Assembly (NCBI GenBank): GCA_003221005.1
Contig: QHTZ01000071.1
Coordinates: 1-64,000 of the forward strand
DNA from: Gemmatimonadota bacterium
GTDB taxonomy: Bacteria > Gemmatimonadota > Gemmatimonadetes > Gemmatimonadales > GWC2-71-9
Direction of reading: 5' to 3'
DNA length: 64,000 bases
Shown one piece after another: positions 19,993-29,177 of the stretch (positions are counted from its first letter, which is position 1; each line of letters opens with the position of its first letter). The notes under the pieces were generated by a model that saw only the letters and a list, made by a program, of their open reading frames with translations, did not search any database and was not told the origin of the DNA. The position numbers and the translations under genes were made by a program.

Positions 19993-22098
19993 ATGGCGAA
20001 GGCAATCGAAAAGCAGGAGCTAACCGAGGTCAGCGAAGCGCAGATCGCGGTGCATTGGAAGGAAGAGGACTACTATCAGCCTTCCGAGAAGTTCAAGGCA
20101 CAAGCGAACATGCGGGACGCGCGCATCCTTGAGAAGTTCAGTCTCGAGCGTTTTCCCGACTGCTTCAAGGAATATGCGGACCAGCTGACCTGGTTCGAGC
20201 CCTACCGCACCGTCCTCGATACCAGCGACGCCCCGTTCTGGAAATGGTTCGTCGGGGGCAAGATCAACGCATCGTACAACTGCGTAGACCGTCATCTGGC
20301 CAAGTATGGAAACAAAGCCGCATTCATTTTCGTGCCCGAGCCGGAAAAAGAGCCGGATGTGGCGATCAGCTATCAGGAGTTGTACGCCCGGGTGAATGAA
20401 TTGGCCGCCCTGCTGCGCGGCCTGGGACTCAAGGCGGGAGACCGGGTCACCTTCCATATGCCGATGGTCCCGGAGCTGCCGATCACGATGCTCGCATGTG
20501 CCCGGCTGGGGATCATCCACTCACAAGTCTTTGGCGGGTTCAGCGGTCAGGCGTGCGGCTCGCGCATTCAGGATTCCGGCAGCCGCGTGCTGGTCACGAT
20601 GGACAGCTATTGGCGAAACGGCGCGCTCGTGGATCACAAGGCGAATGCCGACATCGCGGTGCGGACGGCGAAAGAGTTGGGGCAGGACGTCGATAAGGTC
20701 CTGGTGTGGCAGCGGTATCCCGGAAAGTATTCCGCCAAGACGCCGATGGTTCCCGGTCGCGATTTCTTTGTCAACGACCTGCTCAAGGAGTACCAAGGCA
20801 AGAAAGTGGAGCCCGTTGCCCTACCCTCTGAGGGGCCCCTGTTCTTGATGTACTCGAGCGGCACGACGGGCAAGCCCAAGGGCGCGCAACATAGTATCGC
20901 GGGTTATCTGGCCTATGTGGCCGCCACGTCCAAGTGGATTCTCGACATTCATCCCGACGATATCTACTGGTGCATGGCGGACATCGGCTGGATCACGGGG
21001 CATTCCTACATCGTCTACGGTCCCCTGGCGAACGCCGCGACGAGCGTGCTGTACGAAGGCGTGCCCACATTCCCTGACGCCGGGCGGCCCTGGCGCATCG
21101 CCGAGCGTTTGGGCGTGAACATTTTCCATACCGCGCCGACCGCCATTCGCATGTTGCGGAAGCTGGGTCCCCAGGAACCGCGCAAGTACAACTACCAGTT
21201 CAAGTCGATGACGACGGTGGGCGAGCCGATCGAGCCGGAGGCGTGGCGCTGGTATTACGACGAGGTCGGTAAACGCGAAGCCGTGATCACGGACACCTGG
21301 TGGATGACCGAGACCGGCGGCTTTCTCGGGACGACCGTTCCAGCGATCCAGCCGATGAAGCCGGGCAGCTGCGGTCCCGGCGCACCGGGGATTCACCCAG
21401 TGATTTACGACGAGACGGGCGCGGAGGTCCCCAAGGGCTCCGGCAGGGCAGGCAACATCTGCATCCGCAATCCGTGGCCCGGCATCATGCAGACGATCTG
21501 GGGCGACCGCGACCGCTATGTGAAGACGTATTTCGCCAAGTACAACAAGAATCCCCGGAGCAAGGACTGGCGCGACTGGCCCTTCATGTGCGGCGATGGC
21601 GCGGTGCAAGCTGCCGACGGCTACTATCGCGTCCTCGGCCGTATCGACGACGTGATCAACGTTGCGGGTCACCGCCTCGGCACGAAGGAGATCGAATCCG
21701 CCTGTCTCACGGTCCCGGAAGTCGCTGAGGCCGCCGTCGTCCCCGTCCAAGACGAGCTCAAGGGACGAGTCCCCGAGGTGTACATCGCGGTGAAGCCGGG
21801 CGTGCAGCCGAGCCAGGACGTGATCGACCGCGTGATCAAGGCGAACGAAGAGGTGATTGGCAAGATCGCGCGACCCAAGCACGTCTACATCGTGCCCGAC
21901 ATGCCCAAAACGCGCTCCGGGAAGATCATGCGCCGCGTGCTTGCGGCCATCTCGAATCGCAGAGACGTCGGCGATGTGACGACCCTCGCGAACCCGGACG
22001 TGGTCGAGCAAATCCGCACGATGGTGCAAGGCAAGGAAACCGTCACCAAGCAAGGGGCGCTGCCGGAGGACATCGCGAAGTTCGGCGAAGTCGAGTGA
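19993..22098 (+). CDS. acs: Acetyl-CoA synthetase (AMP-forming)
   Basis: YSSGTTGKPKG, ADIGWITGHSY, DTWWMTETG, PKTRSGKIMRR. Confidence 0.93.
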   Translation: MAKAIEKQELTEVSEAQIAVHWKEEDYYQPSEKFKAQANMRDARILEKFSLERFPDCFKEYADQLTWFEPYRTVLDTSDAPFWKWFVGGKINASYNCVDRHLAKYGNKAAFIFVPEPEKEPDVAISYQELYARVNELAALLRGLGLKAGDRVTFHMPMVPELPITMLACARLGIIHSQVFGGFSGQACGSRIQDSGSRVLVTMDSYWRNGALVDHKANADIAVRTAKELGQDVDKVLVWQRYPGKYSAKTPMVPGRDFFVNDLLKEYQGKKVEPVALPSEGPLFLMYSSGTTGKPKGAQHSIAGYLAYVAATSKWILDIHPDDIYWCMADIGWITGHSYIVYGPLANAATSVLYEGVPTFPDAGRPWRIAERLGVNIFHTAPTAIRMLRKLGPQEPRKYNYQFKSMTTVGEPIEPEAWRWYYDEVGKREAVITDTWWMTETGGFLGTTVPAIQPMKPGSCGPGAPGIHPVIYDETGAEVPKGSGRAGNICIRNPWPGIMQTIWGDRDRYVKTYFAKYNKNPRSKDWRDWPFMCGDGAVQAADGYYRVLGRIDDVINVAGHRLGTKEIESACLTVPEVAEAAVVPVQDELKGRVPEVYIAVKPGVQPSQDVIDRVIKANEEVIGKIARPKHVYIVPDMPKTRSGKIMRRVLAAISNRRDVGDVTTLANPDVVEQIRTMVQGKETVTKQGALPEDIAKFGEVE

Positions 22099-22108
22099 AG
22101 CGGCTCAA

Positions 22109-22171
22109 GGGCGGCGACGGTCCCGCGCAGCGACTGCGTCGTTTTGTCGCGGAGCGGGACCGTCGTCGCCC
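22109..22171. terminator. Long inverted repeat between convergent acs and kup
   Basis: GGGCGGCGACGGTCCCGC...GCGGGACCGTCGTCGCCC with an inner GCGAC/GTCGC stem. Confidence 0.6.
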
Positions 22172-22176
22172 GACCG

Positions 22177-24075
22177 TTACAGCTCTACCTGCGCCCCGAC
22201 TTCGAACACCTGGTTCGCCGGGATCTTGAAGAAGGCCGTCGCCCGCATCGCGTTGCGCGACATGAAGGCGAACAGGCTCTCCCGCCACTGGGCCATCCCG
22301 GGCCGGTCGGAGGCAACCAGCGTCTCGCGACCCAGGAAGAACGTCGTTCCCTCAATCCGGATGTCGAGCGCCTGCACCCGGCATGCCGCCAGGACATCGT
22401 CGATATCCGGATCCTCCATGAAGCCGTAGCGAGCGACCACGCTGTGAAAGCCCTTCCCGAAGCGCTTGACCGTCACGCGCTCCTTCGACCGCACGTGAGG
22501 AATGTCCTCCGTCACCACCGTCAGGAACACGATCTTTTCGTGGAGCACCTTGTTGTGCGCAAGGTTGTGCACCAACGCCGGCGGCGTCCCGTCGGCGCTG
22601 CCGTACATGAAGACCGCCGTGCCAGGCACGCGGATCGGCGGCTCCGCCGCGAGATCGGCGAGCAGCATCTTGAGGGGCACCGTCTTCTCCAACATCCGCT
22701 TGGCGAGGATCTCCCGCCCGCGCTTCCAGGTGATCATCAGCGTGAAGAGGCCCGCCGCAATGGCGAGCGGGACCCAGCCGCCGTAGCGGATCTTCAGCAT
22801 GTTGGCCGCGAAGAACGGCACATCCATCAGAAGAAAGAGCCCCACGACGAGTGCAGCGCGCGGAATGCTCCAACCCCAGACTTCGCGACACATCACGTAG
22901 AACATGAGCGTCGTAATGAGCATCAGCGCGGACAGGGCCACGCCATACGCCCCGGCGATGTTGCTCGACGTGCGGAAGCCCAGCACCAACGCGCACGTGA
23001 GGATCATGAGGCCCCAATTGACGGACGGGACGTAGATCTGACCGATCTCGCGCGAGGAGGTGTGCTCGATGCGGAGCCGCGGGCTGTAGCTCAGCTGCAC
23101 CGCCTGGCGCGTCAGCGAGAAGGCGCCGGAGATCACGGCCTGCGACGCGATGATCGTCGCCGCCGTCGCGAGCGCGATCAAGGGATACAGAGCCCAGCTC
23201 GGTGCAAGATGGTAGAAGGGGTTCTCCGCCGTGGCCGGGTCCCGCAGCAGCAGCGCTCCCTGACCGAAGTAGTTGAGGAGCAGGCAGGGGAGCGCGCTGC
23301 TGAACCACGCGATCTGGATCGCGCGGTGGCCGAAATGGCCGAGGTCCGCGTACAGGGCTTCCCCACCGGTGACGACCAGGAACACGGCGCCGAGCACGAT
23401 GAAGCCCCGCCCGAAGTCCGCTGCGAAGAACCGCACCGCGTACGAGGGGGACATAGCCGCCAGGACCCCGGGTTGACGAAGGATTTCACTCAACCCGAGC
23501 ACGCCCAGGGTCGCGAACCAGACGAGCATCACCGGGCCGAACAGCGCGCCGATCTTCGCCGTTCCACGGCTTTGCAACAGGAACAGGCCGATCAGGATCC
23601 CGAGCGTCACGGGGATGATCCACGACGCGAGCGCCGGCGTCGCGATCTCGAGCCCCTCGACGGCGCTGAGCACAGAGATGGCTGGCGTGAGCGCGCCGTC
23701 GGCGTACAGCAGCGCCGACCCGAAGATGCCCAGGACGATCATGATCCGGCGAGGCGACAGCCCCCGGGCGAGGCGGCTGCCGTTGACGAGCGCCATCAGG
23801 GCGAGCACGCCCCCTTCCCCCTTGTTGTCCGCACGGATGATCACGACGTGGTACTTGATCGTGACGACGAGGATCAACGACCAGAACACGAGTGAGAGGA
23901 CGCCGAGCACGTTGCCCGGGGTGACGGCGATGCCGTGGGTGCCGTAGAACGACTCGCGGATCGCGTACAGCGGGCTCGTGCCGATGTCGCCGTAGACGAT
24001 GCCCAGCGCGGCGAGAGCGAGGGTGGCCAGGTAGCGGCCGCGCGGCGCAGCCCTGCGCTCCGAGGGCGGGCTCAT
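22177..24075 (-). CDS. kup: Potassium transporter Kup
   Basis: GIVYGDIGTSPLY, DNKGEGG, EALYADLGHF, TFFLGRETL. Confidence 0.95.
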   Translation of the reverse strand: MSPPSERRAAPRGRYLATLALAALGIVYGDIGTSPLYAIRESFYGTHGIAVTPGNVLGVLSLVFWSLILVVTIKYHVVIIRADNKGEGGVLALMALVNGSRLARGLSPRRIMIVLGIFGSALLYADGALTPAISVLSAVEGLEIATPALASWIIPVTLGILIGLFLLQSRGTAKIGALFGPVMLVWFATLGVLGLSEILRQPGVLAAMSPSYAVRFFAADFGRGFIVLGAVFLVVTGGEALYADLGHFGHRAIQIAWFSSALPCLLLNYFGQGALLLRDPATAENPFYHLAPSWALYPLIALATAATIIASQAVISGAFSLTRQAVQLSYSPRLRIEHTSSREIGQIYVPSVNWGLMILTCALVLGFRTSSNIAGAYGVALSALMLITTLMFYVMCREVWGWSIPRAALVVGLFLLMDVPFFAANMLKIRYGGWVPLAIAAGLFTLMITWKRGREILAKRMLEKTVPLKMLLADLAAEPPIRVPGTAVFMYGSADGTPPALVHNLAHNKVLHEKIVFLTVVTEDIPHVRSKERVTVKRFGKGFHSVVARYGFMEDPDIDDVLAACRVQALDIRIEGTTFFLGRETLVASDRPGMAQWRESLFAFMSRNAMRATAFFKIPANQVFEVGAQVEL

Positions 24076-24130
24076 GGCGCTGAATATTAGCGGGTCGAAG
24101 GGGGCGCGCTGCTTGCGGCCGACGGACTCG

Positions 24131-24550
24131 TCATGTGTTGCGACGCACGCCGGCGAGCGCCAGGATCCAGACCGCCGTGATGATCGCCGCCGAGCCGAGG
24201 CACCACCGGCAGAACGCGTGGATCACGAACAGCTCGAGCGCGGTGAGGTAGAGCGTGAACGCGAACCCGATCGACGCGAGCACGGCGAGCGCCACATCCG
24301 GCCGGCGCCGCGCCGCGGCGGCCGGCTGCAACGCCGCCAGACTCACGAGGAATAGCGCCGCGTAACCCGCGACGCCGTACAGCGCGACCGGCAACCCGAA
24401 GAGCTCGGCGTAGGGACTCGCCTGCACCGTCTCGCACCCACCAGTGCCGCAGCGCAGCTCGCCCATGACGCCCAGCTTGTAGAGCCACAAATAGAGCGCG
24501 ACGAAGCAGCCCGCGAGCGCGAGCACGGCGATCGCCTGGCGCCGCCGCAT
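24131..24550 (-). CDS. Vitamin K epoxide reductase family protein
   Basis: CGTGGCETVQASPY and AFCRWC. Confidence 0.88.
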   Translation of the reverse strand: MRRRQAIAVLALAGCFVALYLWLYKLGVMGELRCGTGGCETVQASPYAELFGLPVALYGVAGYAALFLVSLAALQPAAAARRRPDVALAVLASIGFAFTLYLTALELFVIHAFCRWCLGSAAIITAVWILALAGVRRNT

Positions 24551-25215
24551 CAGCGCTTGCGACGTCCAGCAGTCAGGCTGTCGACCAGTGCCTTGAAGGC
24601 GTCCGACGTGGGGTTGCCCTGGAACCGGCGGCCGTCGACGAAGAACGTCGGGGTGCCCTGGACCCCGCGGGCCTCGCCTTCCTGGTAGCTCGCGTCGATG
24701 CGGCCAGCGTACCGCTGGCTCCGCATGCAGGCGTCGTACTTGTCGACGTCGACGCCGATGTCCTTCGCGAAGCGGCGAAACAGGTCGCTCGGATCCTTCC
24801 CGGTCTGCGCCCACTGGTGCCGGGTGAAGAGCGCGTCGTGCATTTCCCAGAACCTGGCCTGCTCGCCGGCGCACTGGGCCGCCAGCGCGGCGAGGTGGGA
24901 GTACTTGTGGGCCGACAGCGGAAACTCGCGATAGCGCCAGCGCACTTTCCCCGTCGCGATGAGCTGCTCGCGCACCACCGGCATCTGGACGGTGGCGAAC
25001 GCGGCGCACCACGGGCACTCGAAGTCCGAGTACTCCGTGACCTCGATCGGCGCGGCGTCACTCCCCAAGGTGAACCCGCGAAACCCGTCCGCTGCCGCCG
25101 CTGGCACGGGAGCCGTGGAACTCGGCTCAGCGGTGGACTTGTGGTTGGCCGAGTAGACCAGCCACCCGCCGCCGGCGAGAAACACCACGGCGAGCAGCAC
25201 GTAGAACCCCTTCAT
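24550..25215 (-). CDS. DsbA-family thioredoxin
   Basis: EYSDFECPWC, GVQGTPTFFVDG, N-terminal TM anchor. Confidence 0.9.
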   Translation of the reverse strand: MKGFYVLLAVVFLAGGGWLVYSANHKSTAEPSSTAPVPAAAADGFRGFTLGSDAAPIEVTEYSDFECPWCAAFATVQMPVVREQLIATGKVRWRYREFPLSAHKYSHLAALAAQCAGEQARFWEMHDALFTRHQWAQTGKDPSDLFRRFAKDIGVDVDKYDACMRSQRYAGRIDASYQEGEARGVQGTPTFFVDGRRFQGNPTSDAFKALVDSLTAGRRKR

Positions 25216-25511
25216 CCCTCCTCCTCCCCGTCGCCCCCCTCGAACTCGAGCTCCCGCGCCCGTCGCTCGGCATCCTCCACGATGCGACGGCTCTCGGCGA
25301 CCTCAGGCGTGTCGTACGTGAGCCGCACTTCGTAGTGAAACAATTCGCTGCGCGCGTTCCCGAGCAGCTTCTGAAGCTCGGGCGCCGCCTCGAGCAGGCC
25401 ATTGGCCCGATCGAGCTCCTGGATCCGCTCGGCGAGCGCGCGCAACAGCGATACCAGCCGCTGGGCGCGCTCGGGACCGTACACCTCGTCCTGCCCGCGA
25501 TCGTCCGTCAT
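25212..25511 (-). CDS. Hypothetical helical protein
   Basis: AGGCGGGG upstream, 4-nt overlap with the DsbA gene, typical codon usage. Confidence 0.65.
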   Translation of the reverse strand: MTDDRGQDEVYGPERAQRLVSLLRALAERIQELDRANGLLEAAPELQKLLGNARSELFHYEVRLTYDTPEVAESRRIVEDAERRARELEFEGGDGEEEG

Positions 25512-25690
25512 GCCACACCCCGCCTTCCTCTGCCACCCGCCCCGTCGATTGCGTCGCTCACGGGACGGTCTACGTGATTATACCACGAGTCGCGCAGCCG
25601 CGTCGGCCCTTGGCTGGGCAGACGAGCGGTATTACATTGCGGCGCCGATTCACCACCACCGTCCCACCTGGAAGAAGGAGCATCCCCCGC

Positions 25691-25960
25691 ATGGGCAACC
25701 AGCGTCCCGAACCCCGCAGGAGCCAGCCCGCCACGCCCTTCGAGCAGGCGCGCGACGAACTGTTCTCCCACATTCTTCGCTGCGGCGTTCTGGAAGCGTC
25801 GCCCGAGCATCAGAAGGAATGGTTTGACGACACCATGCTCTACCTGCGTGACCGCTACGAGGGGCTGGACGACGACCGGCTCGCGGAGCTCCGCGTGCTG
25901 GGCGAGCGTTACTGCCGCCCCGTAGTGGCGCGCAGCCTGCAGGTCGACGTAGCGAGCTGA
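25691..25960 (+). CDS. Hypothetical protein
   Basis: AAGGAG upstream; TPFEQARDELFSHILRCGV...; typical codon usage. Confidence 0.7.
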   Translation: MGNQRPEPRRSQPATPFEQARDELFSHILRCGVLEASPEHQKEWFDDTMLYLRDRYEGLDDDRLAELRVLGERYCRPVVARSLQVDVAS

Positions 25961-25961
25961 G

Positions 25962-26423
25962 CTACCACCCCCGCGGGAGGTGCCGCCAGCGAAGCCCCAC
26001 CGCGCCGCGGATCCCGCCCCCGAGCCCCACCTCGACGAACCACCCGCGCCGCCGTCCGGGCGCCGCCTCGACGCCCAGCGTCGCCAGCAGATACGCCGCA
26101 CCAGCCACGCCGCGCGCGCCCGCGAACGCGAGCCCCAGGCCCGCGTAGGGGCTCAGCCCCGTGCGTGCTGCGGGCCGGAGCACGAACTGCGCCGTCGCCC
26201 CCGCGCGCACCGCGACCGCGCCTTCCCCGTCTCCCACCGCGGCCGACGCGGCGAAGCGGTCCTGGCCGTGCGGCCGCCAGGCGACCCCCACCTCGGCTCC
26301 CCAGAAGTCGCGGTGCGCCAGCGCACCGCTCACTCCCACCTGTAGCTCGGTCACGGCCAACTGCTGCTGCGCGCTGGCGCTCCCCGCTGCTCCAGCGGCG
26401 GCCACGAAAGCCGCGCACCACAC
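25962..26423 (-). CDS. Exported beta-strand-rich (outer-membrane-like) protein
   Basis: Signal-like N-terminus, SPYAGLGLAF, amphipathic strands; start uncertain. Confidence 0.55.
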   Translation of the reverse strand: MWCAAFVAAAGAAGSASAQQQLAVTELQVGVSGALAHRDFWGAEVGVAWRPHGQDRFAASAAVGDGEGAVAVRAGATAQFVLRPAARTGLSPYAGLGLAFAGARGVAGAAYLLATLGVEAAPGRRRGWFVEVGLGGGIRGAVGLRWRHLPRGW

Positions 26424-26430
26424 GAGCGCC

Positions 26431-26844
26431 CTAGTGGCCGATGGCGACGTCGTAGGCGATGGCGGTGTCGGGGGCGAGCGACGCGACGACCGAACAGTAC
26501 TTCGTCAGCGACAGGTCGATCGCCCGGCGGGCCTTCGGCTCATCGGCGCCTGCGCCGGCGATGGTGAAGTGGAAGTGGAGCGCGGTGTAACGCCGTGGGT
26601 GGTCCTGGCGCCGCGTACCCTGCACCGCGATCTCGAGCGACCGCAGCGCCACCCGCTCCTTCTCGAGGATCGACACCACGTCAGCGGCGGTACATGTGGC
26701 GGCGGCTACGAGCAACAGCTCGACGGGACTGGTCGCGGCGGCGCTGTCGCCGTCCACGAGGATGACCGGCTGCCTGGCGGCGCCGCCCTCGAACAATAGT
26801 TTCTCGCGCCAGCGCACCGTCACCACGCGCTCGCCTCCCGCCAT
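26431..26844 (-). CDS. OsmC family protein
   Basis: SPVELLLVAAATCTAADV, SLTKYCSV. Confidence 0.88.
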   Translation of the reverse strand: MAGGERVVTVRWREKLLFEGGAARQPVILVDGDSAAATSPVELLLVAAATCTAADVVSILEKERVALRSLEIAVQGTRRQDHPRRYTALHFHFTIAGAGADEPKARRAIDLSLTKYCSVVASLAPDTAIAYDVAIGH

Positions 26845-26846
26845 GC

Positions 26847-27371
26847 TCAGCTGCCGCGCCGGGTCGTGAGTCCGACGCAGAAGCGGTTGTGCTGAAACGC
26901 GTCCAGGGCGCGGTACTCGAGCATCCAGCTGAAGGTGGAGCGGTAGCGCACTTCGATGCCGACGACGGCGTTCACCCACGCGGCCGGACAGCCGGACCCG
27001 GCGCCGCAATCGGCGTGGCCCGCGAGCGCGATGCCGGCGCCGGCGTATGGCACGGTCGCCGGCTTGTCGTCGGCAAAGCGATACAGCACTTCGAAGCTGC
27101 CGGTGTAGGTGTTGGCGCCGTTCAGGATCGCGATCTCCGCCGACGGGCGGAGTCGGAGGCGGGAGACGGCCACGTTCCCGACGTCGAGCGCCGCGCCCAA
27201 TACGAGCTGCCCGCTGCCCCTCACGTCCAGACCGCTCCACACCCCGAACCCGAACAGCCCCACCTGCGTGCCGCCGTGCCGGGTGCGCTGCACGGGTGGA
27301 GGGGGAAACGCCTGCGCGGCGAGGGGTGTCGCCAGCACGGCGCCACACGTCAGCAACCACGCAGCGCGCAT
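26847..27371 (-). CDS. Exported OmpA-like beta-barrel protein
   Basis: Signal peptide, VPYAGAGI, terminal strands. Confidence 0.55.
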   Translation of the reverse strand: MRAAWLLTCGAVLATPLAAQAFPPPPVQRTRHGGTQVGLFGFGVWSGLDVRGSGQLVLGAALDVGNVAVSRLRLRPSAEIAILNGANTYTGSFEVLYRFADDKPATVPYAGAGIALAGHADCGAGSGCPAAWVNAVVGIEVRYRSTFSWMLEYRALDAFQHNRFCVGLTTRRGS

Positions 27372-27372
27372 G

Positions 27373-27894
27373 TCACTCCCCGGTCGGCCGGGCGCGCGCG
27401 TGCGCCGCCGCGCGCCCGTAGTCCCAGATCGCGTACAGGCCGATCGCCGCAGTGGCCCACGCCAGCGGCCGCACCAGTGACGAGTCAGCGATCGCCGCCA
27501 CCAGGGTCAGGATCTGTCCCACCGTCACCGCCTTCCCTCCCGCCCGAGCCGGCAGGGCAACGGGCCGGCGCAGCAGCCACGTGCCAAGGAATCCGAGCAC
27601 CGCGACGGCGTCCCGCGTGAGTACCCCGACGATCTCGATGGGATGCAGCATGCCCCAGCGCGCGACCGTGAGGAACGCCGCGACCATGAACAGCTTGTCG
27701 GCCACCGGATCGAGCAGCGCGCCAGCGCGAGAGCTCCCGAAACGCCGCGCCAGCACCCCGTCGAAGAAATCCGACGCGGCCGCCACCGCCACCGCACCCA
27801 GCTGCTCGACGGGATGGCGCAGGAAGGGAAACACGACCGCGAGGGGAATGCGAAGCGCCGTCAGCACATCGGCCCCCGTCACCCACGGTTTCAC
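27373..27894 (-). CDS. CDP-alcohol phosphatidyltransferase
   Basis: DFFDGVLARRFGSSRAGALLDPVADK signature. Confidence 0.88.
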   Translation of the reverse strand: MKPWVTGADVLTALRIPLAVVFPFLRHPVEQLGAVAVAAASDFFDGVLARRFGSSRAGALLDPVADKLFMVAAFLTVARWGMLHPIEIVGVLTRDAVAVLGFLGTWLLRRPVALPARAGGKAVTVGQILTLVAAIADSSLVRPLAWATAAIGLYAIWDYGRAAAHARARPTGE

Positions 27895-27929
27895 TTGCCC
27901 CTCCCTCCCGCGCGGCATAGCTTCACGCC

Positions 27930-28388
27930 GTGGACCTCAATCTGTTGAAGCAAGCGGCGATCTTCCAAGACCTCGACGAGGGTGAATTGGCCCGGGTATC
28001 GGAGGTGTGTCGCGAGCAGAAGTTCACTCTCGGACAACACGTGTTCAAGGAAGGCGAGCCCGGTAACCGGCTGTTCATTATTTCCGACGGCGAGGTCCGC
28101 ATCTCCCGCACGATCCCGGGGTCCGGCGAGGAGGCCCTCGCCGTTCTCAAGCCCGGGTCGTGCTTCGGCGAAATGTCGATCTTCGACCGCTCGGAGCGCT
28201 CGACCGACGCCATCGCCAACACCGCCTGTACCCTCATCACGATCTCCCGCTCCGATTTCGAGCTGCTCCTGGACTTCAATCGCGACATCGCCTACAAGGT
28301 GCTCTGGTCCGTCGTGCGGCTGCTCTCGGCACGACTGCGGGTGACGAACGACAACCTGCGCTCGTTCCTCGCCATGTCGATGTTCTAA
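27930..28388 (+). CDS. Cyclic-nucleotide-binding domain protein (no HTH)
   Basis: FKEGEPG, CFGEMSIFDRSERSTDAIA. Confidence 0.88.
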   Translation: MDLNLLKQAAIFQDLDEGELARVSEVCREQKFTLGQHVFKEGEPGNRLFIISDGEVRISRTIPGSGEEALAVLKPGSCFGEMSIFDRSERSTDAIANTACTLITISRSDFELLLDFNRDIAYKVLWSVVRLLSARLRVTNDNLRSFLAMSMF

Positions 28389-28406
28389 ACGGCGGGGCCA
28401 CCCGAA

Positions 28407-28784
28407 GTGCCAAGCGTGTCGCTGGAGCAGTTGTCGGCCGACCTCGACGGCATCCCGGCCGACCGCCTGAACGACGTGCAGGGCCTCACCGGCCTGCTGC
28501 TGGCCGCGGCGAACGCGGCGGGGTTGAACCCCGCGAGCCCCCCCGCCGTCAAGGTCGGGCCGAGGGGCGTCGGCGCGGTCCTGCTCTGCCATGGCGGCCA
28601 TGTGCTGCTGCACGCCGTACCGGACGCCGGAGTCTGTTTCGTGGATGTGGCGGGTGTGGGCGGCGTGCACGCGCAGCGCGGCCTGGACGTCGTCACCCGG
28701 CGGCTCGGGGCGCGTCAGATCCGGATCGACAACCGCCGCCGGGGCCCGCACACGCAGCCCACCACCACCTCGGAGGGTGCATGA
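28407..28784 (+). CDS. S-adenosylmethionine decarboxylase-fold protein lacking catalytic residues
   Basis: GVGAVLLCHGGHVLLHAVPD aligns to the SpeD/SpeH motif [20 protein letters not shown]. Confidence 0.7.
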   Translation: MPSVSLEQLSADLDGIPADRLNDVQGLTGLLLAAANAAGLNPASPPAVKVGPRGVGAVLLCHGGHVLLHAVPDAGVCFVDVAGVGGVHAQRGLDVVTRRLGARQIRIDNRRRGPHTQPTTTSEGA

Positions 28785-29167
28785 ACCAGCTGAGCCCGTA
28801 CGCCGCCTTCTTCATGCGTCTCGCCGTGGGCGGCGTGTTCCTGCGCCACGGCATCGTCAAGGTTCACAGCGGTGTCCCGGCCGTCGCTGGCTTCCTCCAC
28901 GGCGTCGGACTGCCGTTCGCGACCATCTGGGCCGTGGTCCTGATCGCGGTGGAGACGGTCGGCGCGGCCTGCGTGCTGCTCGGAATCTTCACGCGCTTCT
29001 GGGCGGCGTGCATGGCCGTCGAGATGGTCGTCGCCATTCTCGCCGTCAAGGTGCCGCAGGCGGGGAACTTCGAGCTCGAGGGTCTGCTCCTGGCTGGCGC
29101 CATCACGCTGGTAGCGCTCGGAGACGGCCCGCTCAGCGTGGCGATCGGGCTCAAGCGGGGACTCTAA
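28781..29167 (+). CDS. DoxX family membrane protein
   Basis: RLAVGGVFLRHG, LGIFTR, GDGPLS. Confidence 0.85.
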   Translation: MNQLSPYAAFFMRLAVGGVFLRHGIVKVHSGVPAVAGFLHGVGLPFATIWAVVLIAVETVGAACVLLGIFTRFWAACMAVEMVVAILAVKVPQAGNFELEGLLLAGAITLVALGDGPLSVAIGLKRGL

Positions 29168-29177
29168 CGGGAAGCGC

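Noticed and set aside
22144-23895. 583-aa ORF antisense to kup
   Set aside because: Typical high-GC antisense shadow of a well-supported gene.
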